NCBI GenBank assembly: GCA_041594335.1
Contig: JBFHML010000003.1
Span: 5,412 to 69,411, forward strand
Length of the DNA: 64,000 bases
DNA from: Porticoccaceae bacterium
GTDB lineage: Bacteria > Pseudomonadota > Gammaproteobacteria > Pseudomonadales > Porticoccaceae
Reading direction: 5' to 3'
In this document: positions 28,976 through 38,971 of the stretch, one piece after another
How positions within the stretch are numbered: the first letter of the stretch is position 1
Layout: each line of letters begins with the position of its first letter
Translations under genes and position numbers: made by a program
Notes under the pieces: model-generated
What the model saw: only the letters and a program-made list of their open reading frames with translations
Databases searched by the model: none
Told to the model about the DNA's origin: nothing

Positions 28976-29800
28976 TCAGGGTTCGGCAGCCAAGGTCAGC
29001 ACGCCACGGCCACCCCGGGCTGGCACGCTCAAGTAACGTCGCCCGCCCACCGCGAAGAACGTCGGCGTCACCAGAGACTCCGGATGGGTGCGAAAGTCCG
29101 CCAGGGCCGCTGCACAACTCGGATACGCGGACAGTCGACGGCAATTGACCTCGGTAGCACGCATCACCCAATACTCTCCAGCCTCGCCTAGCGCCACCAC
29201 TTGGGCGGGAGCGGCCCAGAAGGAATCCACGAGCTCGACACCGTCGTGGCTTCCCACCTGCAGGGGCGGCAACTCGGCCACGAAAAAATGGGTGGCAAAG
29301 CGCTTGGGACGTGTCGAGGGGGTCACCCAATAGGCAAATGGCACCAACGCATCGGTGGCCGGGCACAACCCCTGTTGCGCCAACCAAACCCCAAAAGGCA
29401 CTTCGCCGCATGCCACCCGCTCCCGCTCCCCGGCCAGCTCAGCCAGCAGCTCCGGGGCAGGCCAGCTACCGTCGAGATGACGCGCAAATAGGATTCCGGC
29501 CTCTTCAAAGACCTCTCGAATAGCCGCCAGCCGGTGGGCAGATAAGGAGTCGGAATTCGCCGATACCTCAGTGTCCTGAGCCTCCAAGGCACCACCCGGA
29601 AAAACCAAGGCGCCACCGGCAAATCTGGTGGCACTGTGGCGCTGAACCATAAAGATTTCCCACCCTGAAACGCCCTCACGGCCGATAACCAGGCTCGCGG
29701 AAGGCCGAGGTGGCACCGGCGGCGCCGCATCCGTCACGGTAGCTCCTATCTCCTGCGCCACGGCAAAAAAAGCGCTGCCAAGCGATATTGTACCCGCCAT
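28976..29800 (-). CDS. NUDIX family hydrolase
   Basis: FPGGALEAQD...AAIREVFEEAGILFAR is a Nudix-box-like motif. ORF 28976..29872 trimmed to ATG 29800. Confidence 0.7.
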   Translation of the reverse strand: MAGTISLGSAFFAVAQEIGATVTDAAPPVPPRPSASLVIGREGVSGWEIFMVQRHSATRFAGGALVFPGGALEAQDTEVSANSDSLSAHRLAAIREVFEEAGILFARHLDGSWPAPELLAELAGERERVACGEVPFGVWLAQQGLCPATDALVPFAYWVTPSTRPKRFATHFFVAELPPLQVGSHDGVELVDSFWAAPAQVVALGEAGEYWVMRATEVNCRRLSAYPSCAAALADFRTHPESLVTPTFFAVGGRRYLSVPARGGRGVLTLAAEP

Positions 29801-29927
29801 GCGGCACCATCCGACCCATAGACTTCGAACCAACGCTGTTGGGCCCCCGGACTCCGCCTGCCCCAATGCCAATCTGCGGCCCGGCGCCTCTACAATCCCC
29901 CTCTATCCGATCGACGCAGGCCCTGCC

Positions 29928-32606
29928 ATGCCCAGTCCCCCCGCCGATATCGTCTCGCTGCGCCCCGCGCTGGTGGCCAGAGAATTGATCCTGACCGCCA
30001 ATCAGCGGTTAGCGCGAGCGCTGGAGCAAAGCTGGGCAGCGGAGCAGGACGCGATCGGTCGCACCGCCTGGGAGCGTCCGCGCATTTATGCGCTCGAGCA
30101 TTGGTTCAACACCCAATGGGAACGCCTTCGCGACGCAGCCTTCCCCCCCGCGCTCGCCGCAAGTCCAGCCAACCTAGCCGTCGAACAGCGGCTCTGGCGG
30201 AGCGTGATCGCGCGACAACCCGACATTGCGCACGAAGAGGCTACCGGCTTTGCACGGCTCGCTTTGTCCGCCCGCCAATTACTGGAACGCTGGGACCTAG
30301 ATCTCACCCGGATCGGTAGCGACCACTGTGGCAGCGCCCTGTTTGCCAGCTGGTTACCCCTGTGGCGCAGAGCGATGGCCGCGCGCGCGCTCCTGACCCG
30401 GGAGCAGTGCCTGGAACTACTGCTCGAAGCGCATGACAGCGGCGTCCTACCCGGCGCGGGACACGCCCATCTGATCGGTTTCGCCGCCCTCCCGCCACGC
30501 TATCGCCGCGTTCTCGAACAGCTTTGCGATCGCCTGACCACCCATACGCCACCCCGGCGCAACAGCGTCCGTCGGCTGGTCACTCCGGCGGATGCCGACG
30601 CCGAGATCGCCGCGGCCGTTGACTGGGCCGCCGATTACTTGCGCGCCCATCCCGACCGAAGGATTGGCCTCGTGATCCCCGATTTGGCCGCGTGCCGGGA
30701 TCGGGTCGAGCGGCTGGTACGCGACGCGCTCACGCCCCACCATTGCCTACCCTCAACCCCCTGGAGCCCGGCGCCCTGCAACATTTCGGCAGGCCAGCCG
30801 CTGAGTGACCTGCCGCTGGCCCGCACAGCGCTCACGCTACTCGGCCTACACGAAGAGAGCCTGCCTTCCGGCTGCGCATACGCCCTGCTCCACGATGTGT
30901 ACTGGGGCGATCCGGACGCCGAACTGGAGGTGAGGTCACGCGCGGAGATCGAATTGCGCGAAGGCCGAGCGGTCACCCTGGGAGCCAGCGATCTGCGCCG
31001 AGCATTGGCGCATGCCGAGACCCACCTGCAAACCCCAGCCTTGGTGACAGAGCGCCTTCAAGAGGCCGCCGAGCAACGCCGGCGGGCACCTCGAAACACC
31101 GATTTTCGGACTTGGGCAAGGCTATTCGAGAGCTATCTTGGCTGCCTGGGCTGGCCCGGCCAACGCAGCCTCGATAGTCACGAATTTCAACAACGACAAC
31201 ACTGGCAAGAACTGCTGGAACATTTGGGTGCGCTGGCCGTCACCGGAGAAACTGTCGATTGGGGTGAGGCACTGGACGAACTTCGTCGGCTGGCGAAAGC
31301 GGCGCCTTTCCAATCCCGGACCCCCGCAGGTCGACTGCAGATACTGGGCGTTTTGGAGGCCGCTGGACTGCAATTCGACGCACTCTGGGTCACCAACATG
31401 ACCGACAGCCGCTGGCCAGAGCCCCTCGATCCACACCCACTACTGCCCGCGGCGCTACAACGGCATTTGGCCATGCCCAGAGCCCAGCCCGAGCACGAAC
31501 TCGCGCTTGCGCAACTGCGACTACAAGAGTTCGAGGGCGCTGCGGCCGAGATAGTGTTTAGCTACCCGCTACGCGATGGCGAGGTCGAACTTCAGCCCTA
31601 TACGGGACTTCGGGACCTGCCCGCAACACCGGCAGCCGAGCCCCGCACTCACCCTTGGATCCCGCTGGCACGCAACGCCACCGCACCGGAAATCGTGGCT
31701 TGGGGAGATGCACCGCCCTGTGGCGCGGGAGAACTCGAAGGCGGCGGCAGTGCACGACTGCGCGACCAATCGAATGCACCATTCAATGCATTCGCCATCT
31801 GGCGGCTGGGCGCACGCCCCCTACTCGAACCCGAACCCGGACTCTCACGCGCCGATCGCGGCAAACTGGTACACCGCGCCCTGGAGCTCTTCTGGACAGG
31901 GTTGGCCAACCAGGAACAACTCCTCGCCCTGGACGAGGGCGCACGCGCGCAAACCCTGCGCGCGGCCATCACGGGTGCGCTCGATGAACTGGCCCGCCAC
32001 CGGCCCGAACTCCACGGGCCACGGCTACGCAGCGTGGAAACCGACTGCTTATACCGCCTCCTGCTCGCCTGGCTGACCATCGAAATGGCTCGCCCCCCTT
32101 TTGCGGTCGTCGCTCGCGAGCATCGGGTCGCGCTGGATCTCGCGGGCCTACCGATAGCACTGCGTATCGATCGGATCGATCGCCTCGCAGACGACCGCGT
32201 CTTGTTACTCGACTATAAGACCGGTGCGACCCACTCCAGCAGTTGGGATGGGGAGCGCCCCGAGGATCCACAGTTGCCGCTTTATGCTCTGGCGCACCCG
32301 GAGCACCTCGCCGGCATCGCGCTAGCGCGTATCCGTATCGACCCACGGCAAGGGTGCGATTTGACCGGACTCGCCGATCGCGAACTTCTCGGTTGCAAGA
32401 CACTAGCCGATGCCGGTCTACCAGACGATTGGGCACAGGCATTGCGCCACTGGGAACGCACCTTGGGCAGCCTGGCGCGAGAATTTCTGCAAGGCACCGC
32501 TACCTTATGTCACCACCATCCCGACAGCGCTACCCGAGACCCGTTAATCGCCCTCAATAGACTGCCGGAACTTGAAGATATTCAAAGGATAATAGAAAGC
32601 TCATGA
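29928..32606 (+). CDS. PD-(D/E)XK nuclease family protein, AddB-like (no Walker A seen)
   Basis: C-terminal RecB-type nuclease motif RIDRIDR...LLLDYKTG...QLPLY. I found no P-loop by eye. The stop overlaps the downstream helicase start (ATGA). ORF 29799 trimmed to ATG 29928. Confidence 0.75.
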   Translation: MPSPPADIVSLRPALVARELILTANQRLARALEQSWAAEQDAIGRTAWERPRIYALEHWFNTQWERLRDAAFPPALAASPANLAVEQRLWRSVIARQPDIAHEEATGFARLALSARQLLERWDLDLTRIGSDHCGSALFASWLPLWRRAMAARALLTREQCLELLLEAHDSGVLPGAGHAHLIGFAALPPRYRRVLEQLCDRLTTHTPPRRNSVRRLVTPADADAEIAAAVDWAADYLRAHPDRRIGLVIPDLAACRDRVERLVRDALTPHHCLPSTPWSPAPCNISAGQPLSDLPLARTALTLLGLHEESLPSGCAYALLHDVYWGDPDAELEVRSRAEIELREGRAVTLGASDLRRALAHAETHLQTPALVTERLQEAAEQRRRAPRNTDFRTWARLFESYLGCLGWPGQRSLDSHEFQQRQHWQELLEHLGALAVTGETVDWGEALDELRRLAKAAPFQSRTPAGRLQILGVLEAAGLQFDALWVTNMTDSRWPEPLDPHPLLPAALQRHLAMPRAQPEHELALAQLRLQEFEGAAAEIVFSYPLRDGEVELQPYTGLRDLPATPAAEPRTHPWIPLARNATAPEIVAWGDAPPCGAGELEGGGSARLRDQSNAPFNAFAIWRLGARPLLEPEPGLSRADRGKLVHRALELFWTGLANQEQLLALDEGARAQTLRAAITGALDELARHRPELHGPRLRSVETDCLYRLLLAWLTIEMARPPFAVVAREHRVALDLAGLPIALRIDRIDRLADDRVLLLDYKTGATHSSSWDGERPEDPQLPLYALAHPEHLAGIALARIRIDPRQGCDLTGLADRELLGCKTLADAGLPDDWAQALRHWERTLGSLAREFLQGTATLCHHHPDSATRDPLIALNRLPELEDIQRIIESS

Positions 32607-35600
32607 CACCAGATCTGGATGTTCGTCAGGCCGCGCTGGATATCCACCGGTCCTTTTCCGTGGTCGCGCCGGCAGGCTCGGGCAAAACCGGCCTGCTAAC
32701 GCAGCGCATGCTGCGCTTGCTCGCTGCATGCGAACAGCCGGAAGAAGTACTGTGCATGACCTTTACCCGCAAGGCGGCCGGCGAGATGCGCCGCCGCATC
32801 CTCTCCGCCCTCCAGCGGGCCCAGGAGGATACACCTCCCTCGGACGCATTTGCTCGCCAGACCTGGGATCTGGCGCGGGCCGCTGTGGCACGAGACCGGG
32901 CCGCCGGGTGGCGACTCACCGAGGCGGTCAACCGGCTACAAATCCACACGATCGACGCCTACTGCATGCAGCTGGCTCGGCGGCTGGCCGGCGAAGCCGG
33001 CGTGATCGCCACCCTCACCCCGACAGAGCACGTCGTCCCCCTCTACCAGGAGGCCGTCCGGGAACTCTGCGCGCGACTCGAATCTGCGGATGCTACCGGG
33101 GCCGCTTTGGCGGTACTGCTCTCGCATCTCGACAACCACTGGCCGCGGTTAGAAGAGCTCCTGATCCGATTGCTCAGTCGCCGCGAGCAGTGGCTGGCCC
33201 AGTTACTCGCCAGCAACAATGAACGGGCTGCGCTGGAGAGCGCCGTGGAGACGCTCATCAGGGACACGCTGTCGGCCCTGACCGAAGCCTTCTCGCACGT
33301 CGCTGGTGATTTGCCTGGATTGTTACGCTATGTTGCCGCCAATCGCGCCGCCCAGGGCGCCCCCGCCATTCTCGACGTCGCCGCGAGGACGCTGCCGGAG
33401 CCCAACAGCACCGCGTTGCCGGCTTGGAAAGTTATCCTGTCACTTTTCTTAGCAAAAGACGGCAACTTACGCAGCAAAGTAGACAAGCGACAAGGCATGC
33501 CCACCGCGAAGGACTCGGTCGTCCCGGCTGAGGCCAACCACTGGAAGGCCTGCTGGGCGGACCTCCGGGAACAATTGGCAACGCGGCCGCAGTGGCTAGC
33601 ATTGGCGCAAGACACCCTGGCATTGCCAGATAGCCCACCGAGTGACACCCAGTGGGAAGTGCTGAACAGCCTCGCGCGGTTGCTTCCAGAATTGGCGGCG
33701 CACCTAGAACTGGTGTTTCAGCGTCGCGGACAATGCGATTTTACCGCCGTTGCCCTGGCTGCCCTGCGCGCTCTAGGCGACGACGAGGCCCCTAGCGACC
33801 TGGCACTGCGTCTCGATTATCGCCTACGCCATATCCTGGTCGACGAGTGTCAGGATACCTCGGGATTGCAATTCGATCTGCTCCGTCGACTCACCGCCGG
33901 CTGGCAAAACGGCGACGGACGTACGCTCTTCCTGGTCGGTGATGGCATGCAATCCCTATACGGATTTCGCAATGCCAACGTCGGCCTATTTCTAGACAGT
34001 CGCCGCCATCCGCTGGGAAACTTGCACCTGCAGGCCGTGGAACTGCAAGCCAATTTCCGTTCGCAAGCGAAACTGATCCACTGGTTCAACCGTATTTTTC
34101 AGCACGCGTTTCCAGCCCGCGAGGACCCCGGCCGCGGCGCCGTCCCCTATGCACCAGCGATTGCAGTGCAACCACCATTGCCCGAACCCGCGGTGGCGAT
34201 CGACGTACTCGCTACCGACGCCGACGACACACACCTGGGCGAACAGGTCGCGGCCTGCGCTGCGCAGGCGCTCGCCACGCCGGGCTCGGTGGCTATCCTT
34301 GCCCGCTCCCGCGGTCACTTGCAAGCCATCCTGCCAGCCCTGAACCGCCGCGGGCTGCCCTGGCAGGCCACCGACATCGACCGCCTGGGCCATCGCATGG
34401 CCGTGATCGATCTGCTCTCACTGACCCGCGCGCTACTGTCCCCGACCGATCGCGTCGCCTGGCTTGCGGTGCTACGCGCTCCTTGGAGCGGACTCAGTCA
34501 CGCAGACCTCTTGGCCTTGGCCGGAATCCATGCCGGCGATCTGCGCGCGCCCCTCATCCCGCGGCTGATGCGGTGGCAGGACAACGCCGCGCTGAGCGCG
34601 GCTGGCCAAGCGACGCTTGCCCGAGTGGCCCCGATCCTGCTGGATGCCTGGCGCGCACGGGAGCGCAAGCCATTGCGAAGCCATGTCGAAGGGGTCTGGA
34701 TCGCGCTCGGCGGGCCGGCCACGCTGCTCGACCCGGATGACCTGCGCCTGTGTCAACAGTATTTCGGGCTATTGGAACGCGAAGCCGATATCGCCCGTAG
34801 CGACTGGCCGGAGTTTGTTCGCCGCGCCCAACAAGGCTACGCGACGCCGGTGGCCCACACAGATGCACAACTGCACATTCTCACCATGCACAAAGCCAAG
34901 GGGCTGGAGTTCGATACCGTGATCCTCCCAGCCCTCGACCGCGCTACCCGCGGGGACGAAACCGCGCTGTTACTGTGGCACGAGCGGGTGACTGCCGCCG
35001 GCCACCGGGAACTGTTGATCTCGCCCCGACAACGCAGTGGCGACGCTGGCGATCCACTGTATGAATGGCTCCGGCGCGAAGCTAAGCTGGCACGCCAACT
35101 CGAAAATACCCGTACCCTGTACGTCGCCTGTACCCGGGCCGTGCGGCGCTTACACCTGGTGTTTCGGCAGCCGGGCCCCAAAGGACCACCGAACGATTCG
35201 CTGTTGGCACCCATCTGGCCCGCACTCGAGTCCGAACTGACCCATCCCGGAGCCGATACCCAAGTGACGATGCATTCCCCGGCACCGACCGCCACGGCCG
35301 CCGCCGAGCCTGTGCTGACGCACGGGTTACGCCTTCCGCCGGACTGGCAGCCCGTGTGGCCAGCGCGCCCCGCCACCCCGCCATCGCCAACACCAAACGA
35401 CGAACGCGAATCGGATGGCTCTTCCCTCGCACGCTTGGCGGGCACCCTGTTCCACCGCAGTGTATGTCAGCTGCTCCGCGAGGGGCCGCGCCATTGGGAC
35501 ACGGCACGCATCCAGCGCCAGGAGCTGGTTTGGACCGCCGAATTGTCCGCCGTCGGCTTCGACGCTGAGGCTGGACGCGCCGCCGTGGCGCGAATTCGCC

Positions 35601-35941
35601 GGGGCATCCACAACCTGCTAACCGACGACGCGGGACGCTGGTTGCTACAAAACCATACCCAGGCCGGCACCGAGCTCGAACTCGGCTATCAAGACGGTGG
35701 AGGCCAGACCCGTACCGCAATCGTCGACCGCACCTTTGTGGCAGACGGGGTGCGCTGGATTATCGACTACAAACTGACTGAGCCCGATGGCGAACACCGC
35801 AGCGCATTCCTCGCTCGCCAGCGCGAGCGCTACGGCCCGCAGTTGGCAAACTATTCGGCACTATTCCGCCGCATGGGATCCGAACCGATCACCACCGCGC
35901 TCTATTTCCCCCTACTTCCCCACCTGGAGATCTGCACCTAG
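32603..35941 (+). CDS. UvrD/Rep-type SF1 helicase fused to RecB-like nuclease, AddA-like
   Basis: Walker A APAGSGKTG, motif II VDECQDTS, LVGDGMQSLYGFRNA, TMHKAKGLEFD, LYVACTRA, and a C-terminal nuclease motif IVDRTF...IIDYKL...QLANY. Confidence 0.85.
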   Translation: MTPDLDVRQAALDIHRSFSVVAPAGSGKTGLLTQRMLRLLAACEQPEEVLCMTFTRKAAGEMRRRILSALQRAQEDTPPSDAFARQTWDLARAAVARDRAAGWRLTEAVNRLQIHTIDAYCMQLARRLAGEAGVIATLTPTEHVVPLYQEAVRELCARLESADATGAALAVLLSHLDNHWPRLEELLIRLLSRREQWLAQLLASNNERAALESAVETLIRDTLSALTEAFSHVAGDLPGLLRYVAANRAAQGAPAILDVAARTLPEPNSTALPAWKVILSLFLAKDGNLRSKVDKRQGMPTAKDSVVPAEANHWKACWADLREQLATRPQWLALAQDTLALPDSPPSDTQWEVLNSLARLLPELAAHLELVFQRRGQCDFTAVALAALRALGDDEAPSDLALRLDYRLRHILVDECQDTSGLQFDLLRRLTAGWQNGDGRTLFLVGDGMQSLYGFRNANVGLFLDSRRHPLGNLHLQAVELQANFRSQAKLIHWFNRIFQHAFPAREDPGRGAVPYAPAIAVQPPLPEPAVAIDVLATDADDTHLGEQVAACAAQALATPGSVAILARSRGHLQAILPALNRRGLPWQATDIDRLGHRMAVIDLLSLTRALLSPTDRVAWLAVLRAPWSGLSHADLLALAGIHAGDLRAPLIPRLMRWQDNAALSAAGQATLARVAPILLDAWRARERKPLRSHVEGVWIALGGPATLLDPDDLRLCQQYFGLLEREADIARSDWPEFVRRAQQGYATPVAHTDAQLHILTMHKAKGLEFDTVILPALDRATRGDETALLLWHERVTAAGHRELLISPRQRSGDAGDPLYEWLRREAKLARQLENTRTLYVACTRAVRRLHLVFRQPGPKGPPNDSLLAPIWPALESELTHPGADTQVTMHSPAPTATAAAEPVLTHGLRLPPDWQPVWPARPATPPSPTPNDERESDGSSLARLAGTLFHRSVCQLLREGPRHWDTARIQRQELVWTAELSAVGFDAEAGRAAVARIRRGIHNLLTDDAGRWLLQNHTQAGTELELGYQDGGGQTRTAIVDRTFVADGVRWIIDYKLTEPDGEHRSAFLARQRERYGPQLANYSALFRRMGSEPITTALYFPLLPHLEICT

Positions 35942-36053
35942 CATCCCGCACATGCCGGGTCCTTGGTCGATTCCAGCTCCCCGGGGAAATCGCGCCACGA
36001 CCTGCTAGAATGGCGCGCCTTAGAAAGCAGTCGTGCCGAGCCTGCGGCACGTG

Positions 36054-37136
36054 ATGACGAGTCCCATGATCGAAAAAGCCCTGGAAAACCTCAACATCGA
36101 CGCACAGCAGGTACTGCTGACGCCAGATGAGTTGAAAGACGCGCTGCCCATGACCGACGCTGCGGCGACCACCGTGGTGCAGGGCAGGCAGACCGTACAG
36201 CAAATTCTCGACCGCCAGGATCACCGTTTGATGATCGTTGTCGGCCCCTGCTCGATCCACGATGTAGAGGCGGCGATGGAGTACGCACAGCGGCTGCGCG
36301 ACCTCGCCGATCGGGTCGCCGATACCCTGTTTGTGGTCATGCGCGTCTACTTCGAGAAGCCGCGTACGACGGTAGGCTGGAAAGGGCTCATCAACGACCC
36401 CCACCTCGACGACTCATTCTGCATCGATGAGGGGCTGCATATCGGTCGTCGTCTGCTCCTCAACATCGCGGAGCTGGGGCTCCCCGCCGCTACGGAAGCG
36501 CTCGACCCGATCTCACCACAATATCTTCAGGATTTGATTTCCTGGTCGGCGATCGGCGCGCGCACGACCGAAAGCCAAACGCATCGGGAAATGGCCAGCG
36601 GCCTGACTTCTGCCGTGGGCTTCAAGAATGGCACCGACGGCAGTCTCACCGTCGCAATCAACGCCCTGCAGTCGGTTGCGAAACCACATCATTTTCTGGG
36701 CATCAACGGGGAGGGCCGGGTTGCCATCATCAAGACCCGCGGCAACCCCTATGCCCATGTTGTACTGCGCGGCGGAGACGGCAAGCCCAACTACGATTCG
36801 GTCAGCGTATCGCTTTGCGAGCAGGCGCTGACCAAGGCGGGCATCCCGGCCAACATCATGGTCGACTGCAGCCACGCAAACTCCAATAAAAACCATGAGC
36901 TCGAACCCCTGGTGATCGAGAATGTCACCAATCAGATTCTCGAGGGCAATCGATCCATCATTGGCCTGATGATTGAAAGCAACCTCGTCGCCGGCAATCA
37001 AAAGCTCTCGGCAAAGCGCAGCGAAATGGTCTACGGTCAATCCGTCACCGATGCCTGCATCGACTGGGATACCACCGAGTCCGCCCTGCTCGCCATGCAC
37101 GAGCGGCTGCGCGACATCCTGCCGCGCCGCAGCTGA
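36054..37136 (+). CDS. 3-deoxy-7-phosphoheptulonate (DAHP) synthase, class I
   Basis: RLMIVVGPCSIHD, KPRTTVGWKGL and MVDCSHANS are collinear with E. coli AroG/F/H. Start is uncertain (GTG 36033, ATG 36054 or ATG 36066). Confidence 0.9.
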   Translation: MTSPMIEKALENLNIDAQQVLLTPDELKDALPMTDAAATTVVQGRQTVQQILDRQDHRLMIVVGPCSIHDVEAAMEYAQRLRDLADRVADTLFVVMRVYFEKPRTTVGWKGLINDPHLDDSFCIDEGLHIGRRLLLNIAELGLPAATEALDPISPQYLQDLISWSAIGARTTESQTHREMASGLTSAVGFKNGTDGSLTVAINALQSVAKPHHFLGINGEGRVAIIKTRGNPYAHVVLRGGDGKPNYDSVSVSLCEQALTKAGIPANIMVDCSHANSNKNHELEPLVIENVTNQILEGNRSIIGLMIESNLVAGNQKLSAKRSEMVYGQSVTDACIDWDTTESALLAMHERLRDILPRRS

Positions 37137-37209
37137 CCAAGCGAACCGGCGAACCGGCCGGCGAGGCTATACTGGCGACCGGCCAAAGCGCCAGCAGATG
37201 GGTCTGAAC

Positions 37210-38445
37210 ATGGACATTTATCTGGTGGGCGGGGCGATTCGCGATCGGTTACTGGGGCTCCCTGTCACCGAACGCGATTGGGTCGTAGTCGGCGCCACGC
37301 CCACCGCGATGCGCGCGCAGGGCTTCCGTCCAGTGGGGCGGGATTTCCCTGTCTTTCTGCATCCACACACCGGCGAGGAATATGCGCTGGCGCGCACCGA
37401 GCGCAAAATCGCGCCCGGACACGGCGGCTTCACCTTCCACGCCGCCCCAGAAGTCCGTCTCGAGGAAGATCTACGCCGCCGCGACCTCACCATCAACGCC
37501 ATCGCTGAATCGCCCGACGGCCAACTAATCGATCCCTACGGTGGGTGCCGCGATTTGGAGCAACGGGTGCTGCGGCATGTCTCCGACGCGTTTGTCGAGG
37601 ATCCGCTGCGGGTGCTGCGCGTCGCACGCTTCGCTGCTCGACTGCAACCACTCGGGTTTCAGGTCGCGCCCGAAACCCGGGCCCTGATGGCACGGATTGC
37701 CGCCGGCGAAGAATTACTGCAACTGTCGGCCGAGCGGGTCTGGAACGAGACCCACAAGGCGCTTTCCACGGCGGCACCACAGGCCTTCATCGAGGTGTTA
37801 CGCGACTGTGATGCGCTGGCGGTGCTGTTTCCGGAGCTCCACGCATTGTTCGGAGTGCCGCAACGATCCGATTACCATCCCGAAATCGACACGGGAACGC
37901 ACGTACTGATGGCTCTGGCTCGGGCCGCTCAGCTGACTCCGGATCCGCGGATACGTTTTGCCGTACTCGTGCACGACCTGGGCAAAGGCCTCACGCCGGC
38001 CGACATACTACCCCGACATATCGGTCACGAGCAGGCCGGGCTACCACTGGTGGAGGACCTCTGTGCACGGCTTCGCGTGCCCAAAGAATACCGCCGCTTG
38101 GCGCTACTGGTGACCCGCCTACACCTGCAGTGCCATAAAGCCCGCGAGTTGCGCGCCGACACCTTATTGCGCTTGTTCCATGACCTGGACATCTATCGCC
38201 GCCCGGAAACGCTAGAACAATTTACCCTCGCCTGTGAAGCCGACGCCAGAGGCCGAGGGGGCAGCTTCGGCTCACGCCGCTATGAAACGGCCGCCTGGCT
38301 ACGCGAGTTGGCCGAACGACTGCGCGCGGTCCGTCCCCACCGCCACCTAGAGGCCGGATTGCGCGGTGCTGGGCTGGCCGCAGCGCTTGACGGCGACCGT
38401 CGCGCCGTCATTACTGCCTATCAGCGGGAGACGCGCGACGACTGA
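37210..38445 (+). CDS. cca: Multifunctional CCA-adding enzyme / phosphohydrolase
   Basis: MDIYLVGGAIRDRLLGLPVTERDWVVVG plus an HD domain (HDLGK). ORF 36973 trimmed to ATG 37210. Confidence 0.9.
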   Translation: MDIYLVGGAIRDRLLGLPVTERDWVVVGATPTAMRAQGFRPVGRDFPVFLHPHTGEEYALARTERKIAPGHGGFTFHAAPEVRLEEDLRRRDLTINAIAESPDGQLIDPYGGCRDLEQRVLRHVSDAFVEDPLRVLRVARFAARLQPLGFQVAPETRALMARIAAGEELLQLSAERVWNETHKALSTAAPQAFIEVLRDCDALAVLFPELHALFGVPQRSDYHPEIDTGTHVLMALARAAQLTPDPRIRFAVLVHDLGKGLTPADILPRHIGHEQAGLPLVEDLCARLRVPKEYRRLALLVTRLHLQCHKARELRADTLLRLFHDLDIYRRPETLEQFTLACEADARGRGGSFGSRRYETAAWLRELAERLRAVRPHRHLEAGLRGAGLAAALDGDRRAVITAYQRETRDD

Positions 38446-38460
38446 CAGCGGTCCCGCCCC

Positions 38461-38496
38461 TCTCGCCCTTGAAAAATTACCGGGCGACCCGATTAA
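38461..38496 (+). promoter_or_regulatory. Sigma-32 (heat-shock) promoter for hsp20
   Basis: TCTCGCCCTTGAA, 14 nt, CCCGATTAA, against the established consensus TCTCNCCCTTGAA-N13-17-CCCCATNTA. The -10 element ends 38 nt upstream of the hsp20 ATG. Confidence 0.6.
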
Positions 38497-38534
38497 GATC
38501 GCTAGAGTCAGGCCAGCATTGCCAGGAGGTTACA

Positions 38535-38963
38535 ATGCCGCTGGTACCCCGAGGCAGCTTCTTTGATCTGGATAAGGTATTCGACAATTTTCTGAGTCCC
38601 GCACAGCGGTTAGAGCAAGGCCAGAACGGTTTTTTTGCTCCCCGGGTCGATATTCGAGAACAGCCGGACTGTTACCAAATCAGCGCCGAGTTGCCCGGCG
38701 TCAAGCGCGAGGATATCCAGATCGAACTCGAAGACGGCATACTCACCGTCACTGCAGAGATTCGTCGCGAAAACCAGGCGGAAAGCGAAGGTCGAGTCAT
38801 CCGACAGGAGCGCCGCTACGGCAAGTACCTGCGCAGCTTTAATCTCGGCACTGATATTCAAGACACCGATATCAGCGCGAGTTTCGAAAACGGCATCCTC
38901 AAGCTCACCGCACCCAAGGTCACCGAAACCAAACCCCGCCAACGGCGCATCGAGATTCGCTGA
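38535..38963 (+). CDS. Hsp20/alpha-crystallin family small heat-shock protein
   Basis: Alpha-crystallin domain (RVDIREQPDCYQISAELPGVKREDIQIELEDGILTV...FENGILKLTAPK). AGGAGG ribosome-binding site 6 nt upstream of ATG 38535. Confidence 0.9.
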   Translation: MPLVPRGSFFDLDKVFDNFLSPAQRLEQGQNGFFAPRVDIREQPDCYQISAELPGVKREDIQIELEDGILTVTAEIRRENQAESEGRVIRQERRYGKYLRSFNLGTDIQDTDISASFENGILKLTAPKVTETKPRQRRIEIR

Positions 38964-38971
38964 GACGGGAC

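Noticed and set aside
36973-37209. N-terminal extension of the cca ORF, overlapping the DAHP synthase 3-prime end.
   Set aside because: Cca homology starts at MDIYLVGGAIRD (ATG 37210). The upstream 79 codons overlap a real gene in another frame and look non-protein-like.
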